Positions 57,001 through 64,000 of a DNA stretch of 64,000 nt are shown here, piece by piece. The notes under the pieces were generated by a model. It saw only the letters and a list, made by a program, of their open reading frames with translations, was not told the origin of the DNA and did no database searches. The DNA is taken from contig CAKOKX010000002.1 in NCBI GenBank assembly GCA_934096035.1, positions 51,480 through 115,479 of the forward strand, in the 5' to 3' direction. Origin of the DNA: an uncultured Bacilli bacterium (GTDB lineage: Bacteria; Bacillota_I; Bacilli_A; RF39; UBA660). A program made the translations under genes and the position numbers. The number at the start of each line of letters is the position of its first letter. The stretch's first letter is position 1.

Positions 57001-58983
57001 ATGAATTTTTTAGGTTCAACGATAAATGGATATAGTTTTTTAGAAGTCGTGGGTTCTGGCAGTTTTGGAACTGTTTATAAAGTACAAAAAGATGATAATA
57101 TCTATGCTGCAAAGGTATTTGCTGAATCTTTTGTATTAAGTGAATATAAGAATGATAGAAATAGAATAACTAATGAAATTGATGCGTTAAAGATTGCAGA
57201 TAGTGAAAATTTAGTAAAATACTATGATGATTTTGAATATACATCAGAGTCAGGTTTAAATACACATATAATTATAATGGAATTTGTTACTGGCAAAAAG
57301 ATTACTGATATTATTGATGAAATTAGTGATAAAGATAAATTAATTGATTTATTTAAGAATATTTTGAATGCTGTAAATCAACTTCATAATTTTGATATTA
57401 TCCACAGGGATTTAAAGCCTGATAATATATTAATAATGCAAGATGGAACAATAAAAATTATTGATTACGGACTTGCTAAATTAATTGATTTTTCGTCAAT
57501 TACTAGAACTGGTGATCGTGTTGGTAGTCCAATGTTTATGTCACCAGAACAAATTGTTGATAGTAAACATATAACAAAGAGAAGTGATATATACTCATTA
57601 GGTGTAATTTTATATTTAATGTTTACGAAATCATATCCTTATGAAGTTACTTCACTCGAAGAACTGGTTTATAAAATTATTAATGTGCCAATAATTCCTC
57701 CAAGCGAAAAAAATAAAGAAATACCACAATATATTGAAAAAATAATATATAAAGCATTATCAAAAAAGGATTACAATAGATATCAAACTATAGAAGATTT
57801 TTATCAAGCTTTCGATAATATTGAAGGTTTAAATAATATAACATCTTCTAAATATTATGCTTGGTTAATTAATGAAAAAAAAGTATATGAAACATATGTT
57901 GAAAACAATAATTTAAAATGTATTTTTCCATTACATTTAAAATATTCACAAAAAGGATTATATAATCATATGCTAAAAAATACAGATGATGTGATTATTG
58001 ACCCATCTACTCAACGATTCAGTTACGCCACTTTTTCAAAATATACAGGTCTAGTTAATTTATCTTATAGTCCTAAAACTGGTGTAATTGATTTAGATTA
58101 TTTAATAAATAAAAACAATCGCCAAGAATATATAAAAAATTGGTATAATGAAGTATCGGAGTTTAATAAAGTTATTTTGCCATATCATTATATTAGTAAT
58201 ACGAATTATAAAGCAGATAAAATTGAAGAGTGGATAAAAGTTAATGTTCAATTAATAAATGAAAGTATCGATTATATAGAAGAAGCCGGAAAAAAACTAG
58301 AGACATATGCAATGATATCAATAAACCTTAATAATTTGATGTATGAAAAAGAAAGATTGTTATCTTATTATGTTAATTTAAAAGTTGATAAATATATTGT
58401 ACAAATTTCTGATATGAAAAATCCAAATGTTCAAAATATTGCAACATATGTTGAATTTATAAAATTGCTACAAGTATCAACTGGTAAAGATGTAATTGCA
58501 TTAAAAGTTCCCGTAGCACTTGGACTATATTTAATATCAATTGGGATACATGGTTTTTCATGTGGAATCTCAAATTTAGAGTTTTTTGATGAAAATTACA
58601 TCAAAGATGAAACAGATCCATTTAATTTATATGCAAAATATTATTTTCCACAACTACTAACATTAATGTCATATTATCGTGCTGATGCTTATTCTTTACG
58701 AGATATTTACAATGAATTAAATAAATGCAATTGTAGTTATTGCGATGGAAGAGATTTTGTTGAAATAGCTGCTGAAAAAGACTATAAAATTAAATTACAT
58801 TTCCTTGAACAAATGAAAAAAGAATTTAAAAATTTGAATGACATCGTTGATGAAAATGAAAAAAAGTGTTATTATGTTAATAGAATAGAAAAGGCAATTA
58901 ATAACTTTGAAAGTTTGAAAAATAATGGTTTAATAAAGAAATCGGATATCAATGATATACTTTCTATTCTCAAAAGAATATAA
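57001..58983 (+). CDS. Ser/Thr protein kinase fused to a ~390-aa C-terminal domain with TGT-like hallmarks
   Basis: Kinase motifs: GSGSFGTVYKV, AAKVF (Lys), HRDLKPDNILI, DYGLAK, SPMFMSPE. The C-terminal part alternates beta and alpha segments, contains GIHGFSCG, and ends with CNCSYC-x18-H (KIKLHFLEQ). Confidence 0.8.
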   Translation: MNFLGSTINGYSFLEVVGSGSFGTVYKVQKDDNIYAAKVFAESFVLSEYKNDRNRITNEIDALKIADSENLVKYYDDFEYTSESGLNTHIIIMEFVTGKKITDIIDEISDKDKLIDLFKNILNAVNQLHNFDIIHRDLKPDNILIMQDGTIKIIDYGLAKLIDFSSITRTGDRVGSPMFMSPEQIVDSKHITKRSDIYSLGVILYLMFTKSYPYEVTSLEELVYKIINVPIIPPSEKNKEIPQYIEKIIYKALSKKDYNRYQTIEDFYQAFDNIEGLNNITSSKYYAWLINEKKVYETYVENNNLKCIFPLHLKYSQKGLYNHMLKNTDDVIIDPSTQRFSYATFSKYTGLVNLSYSPKTGVIDLDYLINKNNRQEYIKNWYNEVSEFNKVILPYHYISNTNYKADKIEEWIKVNVQLINESIDYIEEAGKKLETYAMISINLNNLMYEKERLLSYYVNLKVDKYIVQISDMKNPNVQNIATYVEFIKLLQVSTGKDVIALKVPVALGLYLISIGIHGFSCGISNLEFFDENYIKDETDPFNLYAKYYFPQLLTLMSYYRADAYSLRDIYNELNKCNCSYCDGRDFVEIAAEKDYKIKLHFLEQMKKEFKNLNDIVDENEKKCYYVNRIEKAINNFESLKNNGLIKKSDINDILSILKRI

Positions 58984-58998
58984 GTAAGGTGATATTAT

Positions 58999-59634
58999 AT
59001 GACATTCAAATATGAAAAGGATTTAGTTAATGAATTAGTTAAAATTTTACAAGATGAATACAATATTAAATATGTTGTAAGAGAATTACAAAATGGTAAA
59101 AACATTGCGGATGTAGTTTATTCAAAAGAATTACAAAGAGACTTTGCCATATTTGATGAATATATTGATAGTTATTATTATTTTAATGAAATAATAATAA
59201 ATAAGAAAAAAAATATCGATGAACTTGATATTCAAAATAAAGAACTACTAAAAAAATTTAAGAAATTCTTAAAAAAACTGGAAAAAGCAGGATATATAAC
59301 CATTAAAAACAATAGAATACATGTTATAAAGAAAGTTGATATTGCATCAAAAAATGTTGTGGCAATTGAGGCGAAACTTAGTGATTGGAAGTCTGGCTTA
59401 AATCAGGCACTTGCCTATAAGCAATATTCTGATTATGTTTATGTTGCTATTGATGAATGTTGTTATAAAAAAATAGATGTCAAACTATTTGAAAACAATA
59501 ATGTTGGTCTTATATTAGTTGGTAAAGGTCATATTAAAAAAATATTAAATCCCAAAAAAGAAAAAGAGTTCAATGATGATATTAAATACTATATGGTTGA
59601 TAAATTCTTATCTTCTATCAATTCAGTTGCATAA
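58999..59634 (+). CDS. PD-(D/E)xK nuclease-fold-like protein with an inserted wHTH-like segment
   Basis: 211 aa, starting 15 nt after the kinase stop. YEKDLVNEL...NIADVVYS...VVAIEAKLSDWK...QALAYKQYSDYVYVAI fits an E...D...ExK...Q pattern. Residues ~60-110 are Lys-rich and helical. Confidence 0.5.
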   Translation: MTFKYEKDLVNELVKILQDEYNIKYVVRELQNGKNIADVVYSKELQRDFAIFDEYIDSYYYFNEIIINKKKNIDELDIQNKELLKKFKKFLKKLEKAGYITIKNNRIHVIKKVDIASKNVVAIEAKLSDWKSGLNQALAYKQYSDYVYVAIDECCYKKIDVKLFENNNVGLILVGKGHIKKILNPKKEKEFNDDIKYYMVDKFLSSINSVA

Positions 59635-59650
59635 TCAATTTCACATTTAT

Positions 59651-59681
59651 AAGTAGCGCGAATTATCGATTGCTACTTTTT
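59651..59681 (+). terminator. intrinsic terminator after the kinase/nuclease-like pair
   Basis: AAGTAGC-(14 nt)-GCTACTT followed by TTTT. Confidence 0.6.
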
Positions 59682-59733
59682 AATTTTTATGTTAAACTAT
59701 TATTAGTGATTAGTTGTTTATCAACTTTTGCTT

Positions 59734-59767
59734 TAGGGTTTCAGATAACCTTTGTTATCGCCCCATT
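59734..59767 (+). repeat. degenerate tRNA-His 3'-end-like sequence (candidate att remnant)
   Basis: TAGGGTTTCAGATAACCTTTGTTATCGCCCCATT compared with the tRNA-His 3' end AAGGGTTCGATTCCCTTATTGTGCCCCATT (51428-51457). GCCCCATT is shared exactly, and I count about 25 matched positions by hand alignment with gaps. Confidence 0.45.
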
Positions 59768-59775
59768 AAAGATAC

Positions 59776-59805
59776 AAAAAGCAAGTATTTTCTACTTGCT
59801 TTTTT
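59776..59805. terminator. bidirectional terminator overlapping the ASCH gene stop
   Basis: AAAAAGCAAGTA-ttttc-TACTTGCTTTTT. Confidence 0.8.
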
Positions 59806-60178
59806 CATACTCAAAATTCCATATTCCCAGTCTTCCTTTAGCTTTAATAGGTTCAATAGCTAAAACATTTTCCAAAATCCATGCATATCGTCCAACTTCA
59901 TACAATCCACATTTATATTCCATTTTATTATTTTTCTTAACATTTTCAATAAATTCAGCTGTCATATAAATGCAATCTAATAACTTACATTTACAAATAA
60001 TCTCACCATACATCGGCGTAATCAATTTACTTAATTCATCATTTTGATTACTTTTACTTAAACTAGCATGAATATATAATTCACCACGATAATTTGTTTT
60101 AAAGTTTCTTGTTTCATAACATTTATACCCGTCTTTAATTAAACTAGCATAAGGTTCTTTTATACTTAAGACCTTCAC
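59792..60178 (-). CDS. ASCH (PUA-like) domain protein
   Basis: 128 aa. LSIKEPYASLIKDGYKCYETRNFKTNYRGELYIHAS is the typical ASCH N-terminal pattern. GTG start. Confidence 0.75.
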   Translation of the reverse strand: MKVLSIKEPYASLIKDGYKCYETRNFKTNYRGELYIHASLSKSNQNDELSKLITPMYGEIICKCKLLDCIYMTAEFIENVKKNNKMEYKCGLYEVGRYAWILENVLAIEPIKAKGRLGIWNFEYEKSK

Positions 60179-60241
60179 AATATCACCTAAAAGTAATATA
60201 ACATAGATTGTATATAATAAGCAAATAAATCCAAAATAATA

Positions 60242-61612
60242 ATGGTGAAATTTATGAACAAATTAACTAAATACAATAGCAAAAGAAATTTTAATATAAC
60301 TAGTGAACCCATAGGTAAAATTTCTAAGAAAAATAAAAAACTAACATTTTGTGTCCAACACCATATAGCAAGAAAAGATCATTATGATTTTAGATTAGAA
60401 CATAATGGTACAATGGCTTCCTGGGCAATACCAAAAGAACCTTCTTATAATCCCCAAGACAAAAGATTGGCAATAAAAGTTGAAGACCACCCTATTTCAT
60501 ATAAAACTTTCGAAGGAACAATACCTAAAGGTGAATATGGTGCTGGTACAGTTATGTTATTTGATCTAGGATATTACGAAATTGTAAAATATGAAAAAAA
60601 TTTAATAAAAGTTATTCTGCGTGGCAAAAGACTTAAAGGCATGTGGACTTTAACCCATTTTAAAGATGATAACTGGTTACTTATAAAAGATCATGACTTT
60701 TATGAAAACTACATTGATATAGTCAAATATAAAAGAAGTATTAAAACAAACAGAACCATGAAAGAAATAAAAGATAACGTAAACAAAAAAGAAATATTAT
60801 TAACCAATCCTTCAAAGAAAATAATTGGTAAAATTACTAAAAAAGATATCTTTAACTATTATAAAAAAATAGCACCATACATGATGCCTTATCTAGAAAA
60901 TAGAATTATAAGTGTAGTGCGAGCCCCATCAGGAATAAATAACAATACTTTTTTCAAAAAACATTTAGAAAATCAAAATGGTTATTTAGAAAAAATAAAC
61001 ATTTCATCTAAAAATGATAAAGAAAAAGATTATTACTATATACTGGATGAAATTGGTTTATTAAGTGAGGTTCAAATGAATAGCTATGAATTTCATATCT
61101 GGGGAAGTAATGCATCAAATAAAAATAAACCAAATATGATGGTATTTGATTTAGATCCAGATGAATCACTTCCTCTTGATAAACTAAGAATCGGAGTAAA
61201 ATATTTAAAAGAAATATTAGATAACTTAAACTTAAAGCCATTTTTAAAAACCAGTGGTGGCAAAGGCTATCATGTTGTTGTTCCTTTTAAAAATAATTTA
61301 ACTTGGAAAAAATTTTATAAAATTTCTAAAGATATAGCAAATATATTAGAAAATACACATCCGGAATTATTCACAACAAATATCAGAAAAGAAAATCGTA
61401 AAAGTAAAATATTTATCGATTATTTACGCAATCAAAAAAGTGCCACTTTCGTCGCACCATATTCAGTTAGATTAAGAAAAAATGCTCCGGTATCAATGCC
61501 AATAACTTGGAATGAACTTGACAAAATTAAACCTAATGAAATAACTATTGATAAAGCTATTACAAGGTTAAAGAAAAAAGACCCGTGGGAAGATTTCTTT
61601 ACTTCCAACTAG
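60242..61612 (+). CDS. LigD-type 3'-phosphoesterase + polymerase/primase protein (no ligase domain)
   Basis: PE domain: [34 protein letters not shown]. Pol domain: [40 protein letters not shown]. The start may instead be the ATG at 60254. Confidence 0.88.
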   Translation: MVKFMNKLTKYNSKRNFNITSEPIGKISKKNKKLTFCVQHHIARKDHYDFRLEHNGTMASWAIPKEPSYNPQDKRLAIKVEDHPISYKTFEGTIPKGEYGAGTVMLFDLGYYEIVKYEKNLIKVILRGKRLKGMWTLTHFKDDNWLLIKDHDFYENYIDIVKYKRSIKTNRTMKEIKDNVNKKEILLTNPSKKIIGKITKKDIFNYYKKIAPYMMPYLENRIISVVRAPSGINNNTFFKKHLENQNGYLEKINISSKNDKEKDYYYILDEIGLLSEVQMNSYEFHIWGSNASNKNKPNMMVFDLDPDESLPLDKLRIGVKYLKEILDNLNLKPFLKTSGGKGYHVVVPFKNNLTWKKFYKISKDIANILENTHPELFTTNIRKENRKSKIFIDYLRNQKSATFVAPYSVRLRKNAPVSMPITWNELDKIKPNEITIDKAITRLKKKDPWEDFFTSN

Positions 61613-62529
61613 TCTAATGTATTTATATCAATTCCTTCAGCATCAAATAAATCTTTAAAAGTTGTTTTAAAATTAGCTATTTCTTTAACCTTTACATCAT
61701 CATATATATTTTTAGAATTTTTAATTGCTCTATAAAAATCTATTATAGACACAATTTTTCTGTTGTCATATAAAGCAAATGTAAAGGCATTAGCAACTAT
61801 TGTCAAACAAATATCTGGATATCTACTTGCAATTTCATAAACTCTTTTATATTCATCAGTCATTTCAACAATAAAAGCCATTATTTTTTCAGTTATAAAT
61901 GGTTGGTAATTAACCTTTACACCAATTTGATATTCAAGCTTAGGTAAAGTTCCCATTAAAATTTTTACAACTGTAGGTTTATCTGCTTCCAAAACATCAA
62001 TCTTTTGAAATCTACGAAGAAAAGCCCTATCTCTTAAAATGTATTGTTCATACTCTTCCGTAGTTGTAGCACCAATCATTTTAATTTGACCTCTATCTAA
62101 TCCTGCTTTTAGCATGTTTGCAAAGTCCATGCCACCAGATTTATTAACAAGTAAATGTGTTTCATCAATAAATATAATCGTATTTAATCTATCGCTTAAT
62201 TCTCTAACTAGTAAATCAATTCTATTTTCAACTTGTCCTTCACTCATAGTTTCTCCAATAAGGCTTGTAATATTTACTTTAATTAAAGAATAATTTTTCA
62301 AAGCATCAGGTACTAATCCTTTTTGAATTCTATATGCCAGTCCTTCTACAATTGCCGTTTTCCCAATACCAGGTTTACCAACAAGTAAAGCACTTTTTTC
62401 GGGTGTTAATAAAGCTAAAATAATTTGTTTTATTTCTTCATCTCTTGCAATTGCAGGATCAGTTATATATTCTTTTGTTGTTAAATCAACGCCATATCTT
62501 TCTAACATACTTATTTTTTCATTATTCAT
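61609..62529 (-). CDS. stand-alone AAA+ ATPase resembling Clp/Hsp100 NBD1
   Basis: 306 aa. [14 protein letters not shown], Walker [16 protein letters not shown], Walker [18 protein letters not shown]. No N-domain, middle domain or NBD2. Confidence 0.75.
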   Translation of the reverse strand: MNNEKISMLERYGVDLTTKEYITDPAIARDEEIKQIILALLTPEKSALLVGKPGIGKTAIVEGLAYRIQKGLVPDALKNYSLIKVNITSLIGETMSEGQVENRIDLLVRELSDRLNTIIFIDETHLLVNKSGGMDFANMLKAGLDRGQIKMIGATTTEEYEQYILRDRAFLRRFQKIDVLEADKPTVVKILMGTLPKLEYQIGVKVNYQPFITEKIMAFIVEMTDEYKRVYEIASRYPDICLTIVANAFTFALYDNRKIVSIIDFYRAIKNSKNIYDDVKVKEIANFKTTFKDLFDAEGIDINTLD

Positions 62530-62558
62530 ATAATCACCTTTATTTTTTTATTATATCA

Positions 62559-63635
62559 TTATTTAAAATTTTTTACTACATAACTAACTAAATCTTTCGC
62601 CGATTTACTATTTATGTATTTTTTTTGATTTTCAATCATATTATTTTCTAATTCTTTATTTTCTAGTATTCTTTTTGTACATAAAACTACTTCATTTACA
62701 TCACTAGCATATAACCCCATACCATTTTCACTAAAAAATCTAGCATTATAGTTTTCTACCCCAGGAATAGGCATCATTATAACAAATGGCTTCCTCATCA
62801 TAGTTATTTCAGTTGATGTAAGTCCACCAGGTTTAGCAATAATAACATCGCTATTTTTCATATATTGATTCATATTATTAATAAATCCTAATACATATAA
62901 TTTATCACTATTAATTTTATCAAGTTCACTTTTTAATTCTTGATTACTTCCACAAACAACAATTAAATTACAATCAATATTCTCAAGTATTGCTTCTACA
63001 CAGGCTTTCATTTCCCCAAAACCCATGCTTCCAGATGTTAACAATACTCTTTTTTTATCATGAGGAACATCAATATCTTCATTTACTTCAAAAAAACTAG
63101 ATGCAACAGGTATTCCAATTGGTAGCAATACTTCTTCTTTTATACCTTTTTCTACAAATTTAGGTATAAATTGTTCACTGGGAATAACAAATAAATCCGG
63201 ATTAGTTTCATTCCAAAAAGGAATACATTCATAATCTGTAGCAACATTAATAAATTTTATATCTTTCTTTTTCTTTAAAGCAGTTAAAGCTAAACAAGGA
63301 AATACATGAGTACCAATAGCTAAATCATAATTGTTACTAACTAAAAATTCATCTAATTTTTTTACAACCAACTTATTAAAACCATAAACCGGACTTTTTA
63401 TTCCCGTTTTATTATAAAGCTCACCCAATTTATAAACTGTTTTAAATATATTTCCCTTTCCCTTCGTAGAATCTAAATATAGTTTTTCAGCTCTTTTACT
63501 AGCTTTTTCTCCAGCTAACTCCATATAGTCTTTTACATCACATTCTATTCCAACTTTATTAAATTCATCAGCAATATATTTAGCACAACTATTATGTCCT
63601 CCACCTGTACTACATGTAAATACAACAATTTTCAT
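62559..63635 (-). CDS. MGDG-synthase/GT28-family diacylglycerol glycosyltransferase (UgtP-like)
   Basis: MKIVVFTCSTGGGHNS N-terminus and a C-terminal KPGGLTSTE nucleotide-sugar motif. Confidence 0.82.
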   Translation of the reverse strand: MKIVVFTCSTGGGHNSCAKYIADEFNKVGIECDVKDYMELAGEKASKRAEKLYLDSTKGKGNIFKTVYKLGELYNKTGIKSPVYGFNKLVVKKLDEFLVSNNYDLAIGTHVFPCLALTALKKKKDIKFINVATDYECIPFWNETNPDLFVIPSEQFIPKFVEKGIKEEVLLPIGIPVASSFFEVNEDIDVPHDKKRVLLTSGSMGFGEMKACVEAILENIDCNLIVVCGSNQELKSELDKINSDKLYVLGFINNMNQYMKNSDVIIAKPGGLTSTEITMMRKPFVIMMPIPGVENYNARFFSENGMGLYASDVNEVVLCTKRILENKELENNMIENQKKYINSKSAKDLVSYVVKNFK

Positions 63636-64000
63636 CTAATCACTCCAGCTATCATTATACATATTTTTCAAATATTCTTTATTAAAAGTTTTATCTAGAA
63701 CTTCCTCATATTTATATTTTGCTTCAATCCCTTTTTCTTTATCTCTTGCTCTATTAACTGCTACTCCAGTAAGTATTCCATCAAATACTAAAAACACACT
63801 TAACCAAATTGCTATTTTCTTACCAACATTATAATCTATTTTATCTATAAACTTTATTAACTTTGGATATATGTATTTAATCCAAATAATACCTAAAATT
63901 CCCCAGAAAAGTGAATATCTAACACAAATCCTCCCATTTATATTAAGGGGTTTTCTGGAATAGTCCCAAGCAGTAAATCCTAACACTAATTCCATTCCTA
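63636..64000 (-). CDS. DUF1113-type membrane protein, probably 5'-truncated by the window
   Basis: GFTAWDYSRKPLNINGRICVRYSLFWGILG pattern. The frame stays open toward the window end and the stop abuts the start of the next gene. Confidence 0.55.
   Translation of the reverse strand, partial: GMELVLGFTAWDYSRKPLNINGRICVRYSLFWGILGIIWIKYIYPKLIKFIDKIDYNVGKKIAIWLSVFLVFDGILTGVAVNRARDKEKGIEAKYKYEEVLDKTFNKEYLKNMYNDSWSD

Noticed and set aside
59670-59969. 99-aa plus-strand ORF (TTG start) running from the end of the element into the ASCH gene.
   Set aside because: It runs straight through two terminator hairpins and the tRNA-like remnant, and is antisense to the well-supported ASCH gene. Its composition is hydrophobic and low-complexity, typical of AT-rich antisense frames.

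Overview
This 64 kb window is a very AT-rich, low-GC Firmicutes-type chromosome. Lineage hints are spoVS, a CotF-like spore coat gene, a T-box leader, a CIRCE operator, a Cheo-type LexA box and a CBS-type family II pyrophosphatase. Most genes are on the minus strand.

Recognisable backbone, in order:
- serS (partial) with a T-box leader, then perR-rubrerythrin and spoVS.
- A csoR-sufC-sufD-sufU-sufB operon and a solitary tRNA-Thr.
- A two-component system plus an FtsX/ABC module of the Bce type.
- A SAM-dependent methyltransferase behind an unclassified terminator-containing leader.
- Envelope genes: LtaS-like, GT2, GH25 muramidase, GT4 and MGDG-synthase-like glycosyltransferases.
- SDR, family II PPase, and uvrB with a LexA box.
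- A four-gene undecaprenyl-phosphate cluster (SanA/DUF218, DUF368, PAP2, DgkA).
- sufS, an AI-2E transporter, tex, and hsp20 behind a CIRCE operator.

Two accessory regions stand out.
1. 43.9-50.7 kb is an operon-like run encoding two very large proteins with a type IV prepilin signal (G|FTLIE). They share a ~1.3 kb 5' module that appears essentially identical, have 90-aa tandem repeats in different copy number, and carry divergent Cys-rich C-terminal modules. One copy is interrupted by a single in-frame TGA. No pilus assembly genes are in the window.
2. 51.4-59.8 kb, next to tRNA-His, looks like an ~8.3 kb integrative mobilizable element. It has a large serine recombinase and a MobV/Pre relaxase with a candidate oriT. 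Its cargo is an overlapping cytidine-deaminase-like/PHP pair and a tightly linked pair that I could not assign to a described system: a Ser/Thr kinase fused to a ~390 aa domain with TGT-like zinc-site hallmarks, followed by a PD-(D/E)xK-like protein. I rate this last pair as the best candidate for an undescribed (possibly defence) system.

To the right of the element lie ASCH, a LigD PE+Pol protein without Ku or a ligase domain, and a stand-alone Clp-NBD1-like AAA protein.

Three accessory genes (YhcG-like, Rpn-like, pilin-like) each carry exactly one in-frame stop and no frameshift. All family assignments come from motif recognition by eye; no searches were run.
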